Shown: positions 39,238-52,711 of the stretch, one piece after another
Numbering within the stretch: the stretch's first letter is position 1
How the letters are laid out: each line of letters starts with the position of its first letter
From: Hormiphora californensis
Lineage: Eukaryota; Animalia; Ctenophora
DNA length: 64,000 bases
Assembly: GCA_020137815.1 (NCBI GenBank)
Contig: CM035354.1
Span: 3,472,001-3,536,000, forward strand
Direction of reading: 5' to 3'
The notes under the pieces: generated by a model
Seen by the model: only the letters and a program-made list of their open reading frames with translations
Database searches by the model: none
What the model was told of the DNA's origin: nothing
Translations under genes and position numbers: made by a program

Positions 39238-40826
39238 ATGAGCTGTTGTAGCTATAATGAAATGAACGTGGGTCAACAAGTACAATTAGGGTGATTGACC
39301 ACTCTCTCTCTTCGCTGGTGGTGGTGTGACCTGTGTGTGACATTGACGTGTCTACAGTGTGTGTGTCTGATTGTGTATGTATGGTGGTGTTGGACATGAC
39401 TTTGAGACATGGAGATCTGTTCTCAATCCAGACGCTCTCATAGCATGTACGTGCGGCAGGGGGTAAAATCCTTCACAACTCGTTCTCCCTCTCTATCTTT
39501 CTCTCTCACTCTATCTTTCTATCTTTCTTTCATTGACTGATTTGACGCTCACACCTTCGCCAGTAAACCTGTAGTCTCCATGGTGAAATGGCGACACAAG
39601 GAAATCTGACATTAAATGAGAGTAGAAAATAAAACATTTTAGAAGATCGGAACACAGGAATCATGGCCTGACGGCTGACATAGAGAGATATAATATCATC
39701 CAGAGGAAGAGAGATCAGAGACTGATATAAAGAGGAAGAACGCCCCCTCCCCCAGCTCCATCCTCCCCCTCCTTCTATCCCATTTGAGATGGGTCTGGTG
39801 ATGGACAACAATCATCCAATAGCTATCTTCCTTTTAATGGCTTTTACTCACTCATTCGTAAAAGAAGCGAGAGAGGGGGGAACTAAAGAGGGGTAAAGAA
39901 GCGGCATAAAATGTGCATACTTAGAGAGAGATATAATTAAAACCTCTCCGACATGTAGCCTTTCTGGCTGATCACGTGGTAAAGAGGGGAAGCAGAAAGA
40001 AACCAACATGTATTTAATATTACTCCTGAATACTTTGTTACTGCACACATAAAGAAATCAACAAGGGATGGGAGGCGAAGGAACGCACATTAGTTTGTGG
40101 GAAAGGGGGAACTGATTCTCTCAGACCCTCCTAATTAAAATCAGGGTAGTCAAGCAGATCACTAGTACTGCACATCAGTAAAAGATACAACTGGACCATA
40201 TATCATGCGATGGTATAACTAGTAACTACCACCGTGTAGTTATTTCCGAGCTCTAACCTACCCCTGAACTATTTTATGAACAATCTACACAAACTCTCCC
40301 AGATTCCCAAGAAATGACCAAAGAATAAAACATAGTGGGGCATGTTGCATTAGTTACAAATGGAAACCAATCTCATTCCTCCTTCCAAAGGCCCCCCTCT
40401 CTCCGTCCATTAAGGGAGGGGGCGAGAGGATGGGGGCAATCATGTGGATATAATATTCAAATTCCAAACACATTCCTTCACCAGCATCAATAACGAGTCA
40501 AAAGCAGAAAGAGAGAGGGGAGAAAGAGAGAGAGAGAGAGAGCGAGAGAGAGCAGAGGCGAGCACGAGAGAGAAGGAGAGACGAGAGATGAAGAGAGAGA
40601 GAGAGGGAGAGAGATGAGAGCTGATCGAGAGAGAGAGAGAGAGAGATTAGAGAGAGAGAGAGAGAGACTCGAGAAAGAGAGAGAGAGAGAGAGAAATAGA
40701 GAGGGGGAGGGTGAAAGGATACATGTGCGTAGAATGCATTATGTGTGAGTGCCCAATAAATTTTCACTTCATTTAGTTTTGAAGAGAAAATTTCACAAGG
40801 AACTAGTGTTCCTCATACAGAAAAAT

Positions 40827-40877
<51 letters not shown>

Positions 40878-42183
40878 TTACTACATGAGCACTAGCACTT
40901 CCACTACCAAGGGGTACCGATCTAACGGGTGTGGGCTAGACAAGAGGCTCCACTAATAACACTCATGGAGGGGATCCACCTAGAAAGGTTCAAATTGCAC
41001 GGCGTGTTCTTTGATCACTACATTTACAGTTGGTCCATCATCGGCCTTCTTCTCTCGTCTCTCTCTTCTTTTTATCATCCTCTCCCTCCTGCTCTCTTCT
41101 TCTCTCCTCTTCTCTCATCCTCTCTTCTCCTCTCTTTATCATCCCCTTCTCTCGCTCCGCTCCTTCTGTTCGGGATCGCTACCTTAGCTTAGATCCTGCC
41201 CCGCCATCACACCACGACGTCTCATAAAATATGGTGACGACAAACTTTCTATCTTTAACATTTTCTCTCTGACTCTCTCTCTCTCTCTCTGTCTCTATCT
41301 CAATCTCTCTCTTTCTCTCCCTTCTCTCTCTCCGCTTCCAGGTTGGAGTGCAGGTGCCTTGAAGGAGGTTCAAAAGGAACTGTAAGGACCAATAGCAGCC
41401 TACTAAACACTCACTGACCAATAGGAGCAAAGAGGGTATTTGTTAACAACCAATAGGAGCCAAGGGGGTAGAGTGACTCAGGGTTGACAGTAAAACAATG
41501 CAAGGGCAGCCCGCTCCGTGCATTGATCGTGAGAGAGACGGGACAGGGACAAATTGGTCTCTTCGCTTCCGGCAGGTGGTAGGGAGAGAGTGAGAGAAAG
41601 ATGGAGAAAGAAAGAGAGATGGAGAGGGGGACTGTGTGAAAAGTTAAGAGGGCACACCGTGTATGCTATAACTACAGACACGCTATCGAGCTGAGAAGGA
41701 AGACGTATTGCACATGAACTTGCAGAGCTCAGAGGACTGAGTGATACACTGATGAGAGTGGAAGAGAGGGAGAGAGAGAGAGAGATCGGAGGGTAGAGAG
41801 AGAGAGAGAGAGAAGTAGAGAGAAGAGAGAGATAGAGATAAGATAGAGATAGAGAGAGAGAGAGCAGGGGGGAGCGAGAGAGAGGGATTGAGAGAGAGAG
41901 ACGATGACGAGAGAGAGACGTGGATGAAGAGAGCAGAGAGAGAGCGAGAGAGAGAAAGAGAGAGGAGAAAGTAAGATGATGGGTGAATGGCAGTCTAAAC
42001 ACCGTTTTGCGAGTGGGGCATGAGAGTGGAACCAAAATACACTTAGTGAGAGTGTGCGAGAGTGTTCTATCTGATTACTACCTTGTCCCCCACATCCAAC
42101 TCTGAACTCTTTAACCTCCTACTCTGCATACACTCTACCACCATACCCAGCCATGATAGACATTAGACACACCACATCAAACA

Positions 42184-43132
42184 CCCAGTGCCCCGATCTT
42201 GCAAATACCCAAAAGGTTAATGGTGCTTATTTGGCAGCAATCTGGACATACGGAAGCAATTTCAAGTAACTGATGACCTTTTTTTAGGGATTGATTGAGA
42301 ATGAATTGCTGAATCGCCGAAAGAAGCAACCGCGGAAGCAAAATATCCGCAAATAAGGCAGATCTCATTGCTTCCACATTGCTTCCTGCCAAAAATGAGA
42401 CATAAATCAATCATTTGAGGAAGCAATTTCACGATTTTAAGGAAGCAATATGGAAAATTGGGGGGGGGTCCAGCCCTAAAAAAAGCTAAGCTAACGGCCA
42501 AAATCAGGGTACCTTTAGCTTTTTTTAGCTTTTTTTAGCTTTTTTTTAGCTTTTTTTAGCCTTTTTTAGCTTTATTTAGCTTTTTTTAGCTTTATTTAGC
42601 TTTTTTTTAGCTTTTTTAAGGCTAAAAAAGCTAAAAAAAGCTAAAAAAAGCTAAAAAAAAGCTAAAATTGAGTTTTTAGTGGATTCATATAGGTTCGAAT
42701 CCCGCTGACGCCAAATTTTTTAAACTTTTATTATAACGTTTTATAACGTTTTTTTGAACTTTTTTAAAACTATTTTTATCAAATTTGAATAATATTTTTA
42801 TCGAAAAAATGTCTCCAGAAAATGGCAGTAGGGTGGATACAGAAATTGCTATGTATGGACATAAACGGTAGATTATGGTAAAAAATGTGCAGGAAATGAA
42901 CAAATGCAGTCAATAGACGTCCGGAAGGATGAAAATTTAATGGAAAAGTGTCAATATGAATGCTGAAAAAACATAAAAAGTAGGGCTAAAAAAAGCTAAA
43001 AAAAGCTAAAAAAAGCTAAAATAAAAAACGCTATCGACCAAAATCAGGGTACCTTTAGCTTTTTTTAGGGCTGGACCCCCCCCAAAATTATACGTCCTAT
43101 TTTCTGAAGATTTTGAAAATCGGGGCACTGGG
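42184..43132. mobile_element. Non-autonomous DNA transposon with 8-bp TSD (hAT-like), hosting a nested element
   Basis: TIRs CCCAGTGCCCCGAT / ATCGGGGCACTGGG; TSD ATCAAACA at 42176-42183 and 43133-43140; subterminal GGAAGCAAT repeats in both orientations. Confidence 0.88.
42460..43083. mobile_element. Nested non-autonomous TIR element with G-run termini and (AAAAAAGCT)n subterminal arrays
   Basis: GGGGGGGGGTCCAGCCCTAAAAAAAGCTAA ... TTAGCTTTTTTTAGGGCTGGACCCCCCCC; flanked by AAAATT on both sides (42454-42459, 43084-43089). Confidence 0.8.
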
Positions 43133-43302
43133 ATCAAACATCTAGGATCTTGGGTGTGATAAGTACAAACTCAGGGTGTCTCTCTCCCTCTCTGATCCAA
43201 ACCACAACAGACCTTTTAGTGGCATCATTACAGTTTTACTAATGACTAGATCATGACAGGATCTGGGTGAATATATTCATGGGATAGCAGAATCAATCAA
43301 TA

Positions 43303-43355
43303 CAGTCGGACCCGGATTTACCGGGATGCTCAGGGGAAAACGGTAAATCGGGGTT
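43303..43355. mobile_element. Truncated TA-CAGTC.. mariner/pogo-like MITE fragment
   Basis: TA|CAGTCGGACCCGGATTTACCG...CGGTAAATCGGGGT short inverted repeat; right end incomplete. Confidence 0.45.
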
Positions 43356-44100
43356 CAATCAATACTTCCAACTGTTTTGTGACACAAGAAACCACAACTC
43401 CCACAATTGGGGCAGGAATAGTAAACCGCAGTCACCATCTCTCTTTCATCCTGGCAATATATTGGACCGTGTGTGTGTTCATTCATCATGCTGCTGTGAT
43501 GCCTCTCTATCTTTCTCTGTTCATCTGTTGTATCTGTTTCTCATCAGTGAATAAACATGACCTCCCCCTCCACATGACCTCCCTCCGGTCTCTGTGGTTA
43601 TACCGTTGTACTGATACAGGGGTGCTATCACAAGATAAGAATTGTAGTTCATTGGACGATGGTGGGTAACAATTACCAAGGGACCGGCAGGTAGTGTGCA
43701 ACCAAACAATTAGCTCTAAACTATTTTAATGATTTTTGCTTAATTGATGAGTTAATGACCTAGTATAGTTTCCATAGCAACCATGGTACATCTGAGACGC
43801 GTGTCGCCCTGTTCTCTTTATCCCTTTTTCAGAATTGTTAGGCTCTATAAAGTGGGCACGTGGCTCCCTTTGACAATGGAACAACAGGGTTCAGAACACC
43901 TGATACCACTACAACAGGGTTCAGAGAGGACAATTAGGCACCTCATGGTAACAAGATTCCAGTTAATCTCACCCCTCTCTCACTCTCTCTCTCTCTCTCT
44001 CTCTCCCTCTCTCTCCCCTCTCTCTCTCTCTCTCTCACTCTCTCTCTCTCTCTTTATCTCTCTCTCACTCTCTTTCTCTTTCTCTCTCTCTCTCTCTCTC

Positions 44101-45525
44101 GGTCCACTACACGCACCACTCCCACATGGGGCCGTAAGGCCCCATGCGAGAGCAGGGTTAAATCCCCCGGACCCGGATCCTGTTGGATCTGAGGGCCCGG
44201 AGGGCCTGCGGAGTAAAGGTAGGGTAGGTAGAACAATGTACATACGGGTAAATTTAACAATGTACATATGGGTTAAGTAAAGGGGATGATATTAAAAAGG
44301 GGGAAGTAAAGTGGGATTAAAGCTCATGGTGACGGAGCACAAGACCTCCTAAACTATCTGCAAAGAAGCCCAAACTGCTGTACAATGAATTCTAAGAAGA
44401 GACAACTTATCAGGAACTGAAGAAGCAAACCGTCTGAATCTAAGGCAGCCTAAAACAAGCAGGAACGGGTTCGAGCGAAAAAATAATAAATTAATACAAA
44501 TGGATGATGATTACATGTCGAGCCAGAGAGGACAGCCAGCCCGTTCCAGAGAAGCCAGCTGACCCCGTTCCAGAGAAGCCAGCCGACCCCGTTCCAGAGA
44601 AGCCAGCTGACCCCGTTCCAGAGAAGCCAGCTGACCCCGCTCCAGAGAAGCCAGCTGACCCCGTTCCAGTAAAGACAGCTGACCCCGCTCTAGTAAGGAC
44701 AGCTGACCCCGCTCCAGTAAAGACAGCTGACCCCGTTCCAGAGAAGCCAGCTGACCCCGTTCCAGTAAAGACAGCTGACCCCGTTCCAGAGAAGCCAGCT
44801 GACCCCGTTCCAGAGAAGACAGCCACCCCGTTCCAGAGAAGACAGCTGACCCCGTTCCAGTAAGGACAGCTGACCCCGTTCCAGTAAAGACAGCTGACCC
44901 CGTTCCAGTAAAGACAGCTGACCCCGCTCCAGAGAGGACAGCCACCCCGTTCCAGAGAGGACAGCTGACCCCGCTCCAGTAAGGACAGCTGACCCCGTTC
45001 CAGTAAAGACAGCTGACCCCGCCCCAGAGAGGACAGCTGACCCCGCTCCAGTAAGGACAGCTGACCCCGCCGCAGAGAGGACAGCCACCCCGTTCCAAAG
45101 AATCATCTCCGATGTAGAACCCTATCAGAAATGGAAGAAGTGGGTTAGGGGGGCCAGTAGAACAAAAACAGTAGTGGTTAGCGGGTTAGTGGATAAAGGG
45201 GCTTTGGGGGTCCACAGTTGGCTGGAAGATGCCTGTTCCACTGGTAACCCTGAGCCGGTGAAGGCGGGGTAGGGAGTTGGTCCACCTGCCACCACCGGGG
45301 GGAGTTGGTCCACCTGCCACCAACTCCAATCGGTTTCCCCCGGGCAACGGGGTCACACGAGTACCTTTTTCCCACTCCCCTTTTCCCATGTTCGATTTTT
45401 CAGGTCCGTGGCCGCGGCTTCCTGAGCGTGGCTGTGTATAGAAAACGGAAAAAAAATCAGAAAATACAAAATACAAAAAACATCTTGGCAAGGCGGCCCA
45501 CAGTGTATCATCGCCAACTATTTGT
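44101..45525. mobile_element. Candidate ~1.4-kb insertion in a (TC)n tract, with terminal stem-loops and an internal minisatellite
   Basis: Complex block sharply bounded by TC tracts on both sides; GC-rich hairpins at 44116-44216; no TIR or enzyme ORF seen. Confidence 0.35.
44522..45097. repeat. 24-bp minisatellite (GACCCCGTTCCAGAGAAGCCAGCT)n, ~24 copies
   Basis: Visible tandem units with occasional 1-bp indels; translates as DPVPEKPA, GTGSAVFT or ERGQLSLL repeats. Confidence 0.92.
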
Positions 45526-45534
45526 CCCTCTCCT

Positions 45535-45567
<33 letters not shown>

Positions 45568-45865
45568 CCTCTCTCTATCTCCCATCTCTCTTCTCTCTCT
45601 CTCCTCTCTCCTCTATCCTCTCTCCTCTCTCTCTCTCTCTTCTCATTTAATTTAAGGATCATTTCGGAATGGTTAAAACAAAAAAAAAAAACCACAGGTG
45701 GATCATAGCACAAGAAAATCATAACGTGTGCAAAAAGAAGGGATCCAACAAGGAATGATAACTGTATTAATAAGTCAATTCATGATCCCAAAGCCTTGCT
45801 AGACCCTCACTTAATATATTATATACACGCATCAATCTTATCCAGTCTATATATATATATTTACT

Positions 45866-46633
45866 GGGGGGGTCGTCACCTTTTTTTTTGCCCACATTTG
45901 CCCACATTTGCCCACATGGGCAAACTGAAAATCCAAAAAAACAGGGTATAATGTGGGCCAAAGTGGGCAAAAAAGTGGTGCAAAAATTATATAAGCATTC
46001 AAAACTTTACCAGAAAACCCTCTATGATCAATAATTTTTTCACCTCCCAATTCTTCCAAGAGGTCCCTCTATCCGATTCCAAAACCGATAATTAATGTAC
46101 TTACTTCTGACTTAGGGTTTGATAAGGCTCCATGTCCGACTGGACAAAAAAGTGGGCAAAAAATGTTGGCAAAAATTAGGGCAAAAGGCAGTGATTTTCG
46201 TCATTTTTGGGGCTATTTAGGGAACTGATGCACAACAAAGGTTTCCACTTGCATTGTACTCCAATGGGGTCCCAGAAAAACCAGAAAAATTTTCCACTCA
46301 CATTATGTGAGAAACGTGCCTAAAATGACCAATTTTCCTAATTTTACCAACATATTTTGCCCATTTTTCCCAGTTGGATATGGAGCCTTATCAACCCTGA
46401 GCAAATAAATTATCGGTTGGAATCGATAGGGGGGACCTCTAGGAGGACATTGGTGGTGAAAAACCTTTGTCACAGACGATTACCTGGTTGATAGCATATA
46501 TTTTTTATGGATTTAATTTTTTTGCCTACTTTTGCCTACTTTTGCCCACTTTTGCCCACTTTTGCCCATGTGGGCAAATTCAAAATTTAAGAATAATGTG
46601 GGCAGTGGGCAAAAAAAAAGGTGACGTACCCCC
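45866..46633. mobile_element. Non-autonomous foldback DNA transposon, G-run termini, 8-bp TSD (Merlin- or Mutator-like)
   Basis: GGGGGGGTCGTCACCTTTTTTTTTGCCCAC ... GTGGGCAAAAAAAAAGGTGACGTACCCCC; TSD TATTTACT at 45858-45865 and 46634-46641; many TTTGCCCAC subterminal repeats; long imperfect inverted arms. Confidence 0.82.
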
Positions 46634-47239
46634 CTATTTACTCTATATATATATATTTACTCATCTCCAGACTCATTTCTGACTTTCTCTTCAACACCCT
46701 TCGTTCGTCACCAGGAAGTCCAATCCTACTCATGATGATATTTCACTAGACAGCTCCAGACTGTCACTATAAATCACCATAATAAACACACATGTATGAC
46801 TGGGAAATTGGGATCTTACGATCCTCAAAAGTGTTGGGTGTCGGCCGATAGTCTGGCTTTTAGAAATAGAAATCCGGGCGAACTAGACTATTCAGATGGG
46901 AAACAAGGAATGCAAATGAGGTCATGATAGGAGAAACAGAAATATATTTATGATTACGAGAGAATAATATTATATCCAAGATGATACCTTTGGATATAAT
47001 GAGACTGTCATCTCCAAGAGGTGCGTATTATATCTTTCTCTGATGAAGGATTTGAACTCACATACACACGGTATCGATCTCAAATCGCTCTCACACTTCC
47101 TCAGTATCTCACTAAATCTTGCTTCTTCACTTCATACAATCCCACCCCCCCCCCCCCCGACATCTAGGAGGTAGTAAGCATGTAATGTTTGTCTAGCTAG
47201 GGATCTTATTTACTGTCCAGGTGAGAGGAGTAAAGAAAT

Positions 47240-47287
<48 letters not shown>

Positions 47288-47431
47288 AGAGAGACTGAGA
47301 GCGAGAGAGATGAGACGACGAGAGAGAGAGAGGGAAAGAGAGAGAGAGAGAGAATGAGAGAGGAGAGAGGATGGAGAGGAGAGAGAGAAGAGAGAGATAG
47401 AGATGTGAGGAGAGAGAGGAGAGAGAGAGGA

Positions 47432-47481
<50 letters not shown>

Positions 47482-48397
47482 GGGGGTAGAGGGGGAGTGT
47501 AAATCTTGAGTGGTAAATCATGCAATTACAGTATAGAGGTGTGAACTTTATAATTCTAGTTTTACGGCGAGTTTATAAAATATACCGCAACTAAAAATGG
47601 GATAGAGGATGTGTGTCCATATATATAATTTTGTATGTACAAGTTATATTGCTGCCTAGATTTCATAATCTTTCCAGATCGAGAGATATATGATGTACAA
47701 TATCTCAAGAATCAGTTCTCTCACCAAATCTCTATCTGTCGGCACCAAGAAAGAATGAAAGATTGAATGTGCTCGTGAGAACTTAATCAATAATGCGGGG
47801 ACCGTGGTTTACTAAAGGACAGCCATTACTGTATAATATAATCAGAGGGGAAAATAAAGTTGTGAATCGTCAAACTGTATAGTCTTGCAGTTTCACGTAG
47901 CTATGTAAACCATCGAAACCATGCGTTTTTGGTACACGCACATAATTTATAGTGACAAGTCATAATCGTTCCTCCGGTGTTGTTCAAAAAAATAGCCACG
48001 TGGAAAAAAAACTTTCACAAACCTGATATACGTGTTCTTCGTCTTGGTGGTGTACGAACCATATTGTAGCAGCAGGATCACATCGTGCTAATCATATCTA
48101 GAATTACACGAGATGAGAGAGGTCAACACACGTGTAGCTAACCAAGTCTACAACTAATCAAGTTGAGATCTACAATTTATCAAGTTGAGTGGTTCTAAAC
48201 ACACTAACTAAGAGCCATTCTAAACAGTAATCAAGCTAACTAAACTAGGACGTTTCGATCGCATTTCAAGAGGTAACAAGGCGAGCAGAATGTGGTGCAA
48301 AGCAACCATGTGTGTTAGAGGGGTGAATACAATAATATGAACCTCATCATCGCAGAAAGAGAAAATTAGAGAGAGAGAGAGAGATGGAGAGAGAGAT

Positions 48398-48429
<32 letters not shown>

Positions 48430-50523
48430 AAGAGAGGGGGGATAGAGACAATTTAAAAGGTAGACGGTGTGGGGGCCCGGGTGCAAACAAAAGGACACGG
48501 GGGGACGCATTACGGGCTAAGTAGGTTGAGGAATGAAAATGGTACAGGGAAGGAGTAGGATAAGAGAAAGAGAAGAGAATAGAAGGAGGATAGAGGCGAG
48601 GAGAGAGAGGGAGAGAGAGAGATAGAAGAGAAGATAGATAGAGAGAGAGAGAGGAGAGAGAGGAGATGACGAGAGAGAGAGGGAGGAGAGGAGAGATGAG
48701 AGAAGAGATTGAGAGAGAGGAGAGAAGAGAGAGAGAGAGAGGAGAGAGGAGAGAGAGAAAGGGGAGAGAGAGAGAGAGGAGGAGGAGGAGGAGAGGACGA
48801 GAGAGAGAGGAGAGAGAGAGATGAGAGAGATTGATGAAGAGGAGAGAGAGAGAAGAGAGAGCAAGATGGATGAGAGAGACGACGAGAGAGAGAGGAGGCG
48901 ACGAGAGAGAGAGAGAGTGAACGAGAGAGAGAGAGGAGAGAGAGAACTGCTAAATAGTATACAGCCAGTGCGACATGACTCTGAAGATGCACTTTGCCGG
49001 CAAGAAATAGTGTTCGGAATGAATTTAGTAGAGGACGTGCAGAGATGGAGGGAGAGAGAGAGAGAGAGAGAGAGCACAGCGAGAGATAGAGAATGATAGA
49101 GAGCAGAGAGAGAGAGAGGGGGAGATAGAGTTGAGTATTTAGAGTGGAGTATAGCCAAACGATGCTGCGCTGCACGTCGTCTGAAGTCAAGACATACGCA
49201 TGATCAGTAGGAATAGAGAAAATAAAGCAAAGAGGGATAGAAATGCGAACAAGAGAGAGATAAAGAGAGAGATAAAGAGAGAGAGAGATTAAATGCTGCT
49301 GTTAGAAGATCAAGGTACACAATACCGTTACGGTTACTGAGTAGTACAGTACATGTCGCATGATACTCACTCAACAACTGGGGTATATAATTAGAAGGGG
49401 CTTACAAAAGAAAGGGGTCGGAACAGTCAATTAGCGGGAGAGGGAAGGAGGGAATGATGCATTCATTGTTACCCAAGTTATGTTCCATTCTTCAGTAATT
49501 TTAATTCCCATAGATTCAAATATTTCAGAGCCTTCTAGATATTAGAATGTTAGAGGTATAATGCAGTGAGAGATATTCTGTCAAGAGAAATATATATTCA
49601 GTATATCCCCTTGGTATTGCACCCTGGAGAGAGAGATACAATTATGAGATGATTTAATCAGTTGGATCTAGCCTGACCCCCGAGAGATAGGATACCAACA
49701 AGAGAGAGAGAGAGAGAGAGATAGAAAGATAGGATACCAACAAGAGATAGAGAGATAGGATACCAACAAGAGAGAGAAAGCCTCCCCCCCCCTCCCGGAA
49801 TATGCAGTGTCGTGTGAGGGTACTCAGGTGTAACGGGTACGAATACGAATCTCCTGCCCCCCTCCCCAGATCTACTGCGCCCATCCCACAAACTTGCCCA
49901 GCTAATGATGGAGGGAGGTCAAATCATGAATCCAAATCTATAAGATGTCAAAAAAGAGAGGGGGAATACAATAGAGAGAGATCTCCCAGCGCTGCTACAT
50001 TTCAGAGAGTGAGAATGAAGCAGCATACCCAACATGGAATGATAGGGCAAATATTTTGAAATGCGAGAATGAAAGATGGGAAATGAAAATAATAGCTAGT
50101 TATTATGAGAGGACACATAATATATGTCTAGTTACATATATTGTGGTGATATTATAGAAAGACAAAACACTTGGGTCCCCATCATATTGCATACAATAGT
50201 TACACAGGACTGGGGAGTGTGACGGACAGGAGAAATAGAGGGGGGGGGTTGACAAATACAGGAAAGTCGGGGACAACGAAAGGAAAGGCTGTGCACACAC
50301 ACTAAAGTTGTAATTAGGGTCAAACAGCTGGGGGGCGGGGACACTGTGTGGCCGCTATATGATCATAGACAATGGGGCAGTGAGTGGAAAAAGAGCAGCG
50401 AGGGGGCAAGAATGGGGTGGGGAGCACACAGCCGGGGAATAGAAACAAGGGATATTATATCCCCTGTTTCTATTCCCACTTCTGAAGATGAGGGAATGAG
50501 GGATAGAGAGAGACAGGGAAAGG

Positions 50524-50556
<33 letters not shown>

Positions 50557-51915
50557 AGAGAGGAGAGAGAGAGAGCAGTGAGAAGCTACGAGGAGAGAGA
50601 GAGAGAGAGAGACGTAGAGAGGAGAGAGAGATGAGGGGGGGGGGGGAAAAGGGGTAGGGATGCAGAGAGAGGGAAAGAGAGGAGAGAGAGAAGAGAGAGA
50701 GAGAGTAGAGAGAGAGAGAGCAAGATGCGTGGCTGAGAGACTTGAGACTTTTAACTGGACGAAGAGAGAGAGAGGAGAGAAGGAAAGAAAGATACTAGCA
50801 AGGTAGATATCGGATAAAGCAAAGACAGATAGGTGCAAAGAGAGGTGTGCTAGCTAACGATGGAAGTGTAGGTAGCAGCTGGCACACAAATACAGAAGAG
50901 AGAGAGAAAGAGGGATACGGAGAGAGAGAGAGACTAGAGAGATACAGTGAGAGAGAGAGTGACGGGGAGAGAAAGAGAGAAAAGAAATAGAGGGAGTAGA
51001 TATATCAAGTTTGAGAAAAAAGACAACTAACGGATTAGAGATCTCCGACAAATTTGAGCAAGAAACAGAGGGAGAAACAGAGAGAGACCAAGGGAAGTGT
51101 ATAGAGGGGGATCAGAGTACGAATCGAGGTGGATTAGATTTGCACAAATAATGGTTTCACGTGAACGTGAAGAGTAAGAAATATACCTCTCTTACTTAGA
51201 TCTATCTCACTTCATCTCTCTTATTCAGTAGCTATCTCTCATGATCTCTTTCTCTCTCACAAGATCTCTCGCTTCATCTCTTTTCCAGTAGATATCACTA
51301 TTCTCTCATGATCTCTCTCTTCACTATTGTACATCTCTCTCTATCTCTATCTCTCTCATCACTCTACATCTGACTCAGCCGATCTCCCCCTCCACTACTT
51401 CAGAATCGCTACACGTTAGGCTACAACAGCTCAGCTGAGAGAGACAAGAAGACTGAAAAGGACGGCACAAAAAGGATAGTGTAGCAGGTCCACACCTATA
51501 GCGGTTATTGCAGACAGTGTAGCAAGCATGAGTTGCATGCGACCCCCCTCACTTACACTCATGCACAACTGAGGGTAAAAGATGGAGAGATGGAGAGAGA
51601 GAGAGATAGAGAGAGGAGACATATTGGTGCACAAAAGATAGATGGAGAGTAGGAAGTTGACCGATATTACTAGTTCGCGAAGAACAATGCGCGTTCCCCC
51701 TGGTGGGGGCTAATTAACGTGTCAGGAAGACCACCACGACTCAAACACACACAGGGAGAGGAGAGAGGGAGAGAGAGAGAGAGAGACAGAGAGATGGAGA
51801 GAGAGAGAGATGGAGAGAAAGAGGCAGAGATAGAAGGAGAAATATAGAGATGAAGGGATAGAGAGAGATAGATAGATAGAGAAAAATAGAGAGGGAGAGA
51901 AAGAGAGAGAAATAG

Positions 51916-51959
<44 letters not shown>

Positions 51960-52149
51960 GAAAGAGAGAGAGAGAGAGAAAGAGAGAGATGGAGAGAGAG
52001 AGAAATAGAGAGAAAGGGGCAGTACCACTAGAGAAGGGACGATGGAGGTCACATGTTCAACACTACCCAATGGAGGGCCCCTTCCACCGCTCACAAGATA
52101 ATTCATCAAGCAGGGATTGCATGCAGCGGAGAAATAAGTGAGAGAGAGA

Positions 52150-52203
<54 letters not shown>

Positions 52204-52469
52204 AGAGAGAAGATAGAGGTCTCCACATGTAAAAATGAGTAATGGACTAAATCAGGGAGGGAGGGTGTGAAGGCTTGTCGGGATAGGTTAACAGAACTAA
52301 CGGACCGAAAAGACTGGACGATGATTCAAAAGAATTCGAGGTGCAGTAGACGACAAAGGTCAGGGAGGGGGGAGCGCTTAAAATAAAGATGAGAGAGATG
52401 TTGGGGATCAGGAAAACAATGTGCTAATATTATATTCTGTCATGGTGAGACAACTTCAGAGGGTGAGGT

Positions 52470-52501
<32 letters not shown>

Positions 52502-52654
52502 AGAGAGATGATAAGAGAGAGAGAGAGAGAGAGAGCGAGAGGGAAGGGAGAGAGAGAGAGAGAGAGGGAGAGACGAGAATGAGACGAGAGAGAAGTTGAG
52601 AGAGATGAGAGAAGAGAGAAGAGAGGTGAGAGAGAGAGAGAGAGGAGGAGTGAG

Positions 52655-52711
<57 letters not shown>

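Noticed and set aside
42660-42713. Complete tRNA gene
   Set aside because: Only the T-loop and 3' strand are present; no D arm, anticodon arm or 5' acceptor strand.
44491-45106. DPVPEKPA / GTGSAVFT repeat ORFs as a real repetitive protein
   Set aside because: Several frames are open only because the unit is 24 bp; 1-bp indels shift the frame and no splice or start context supports a gene.
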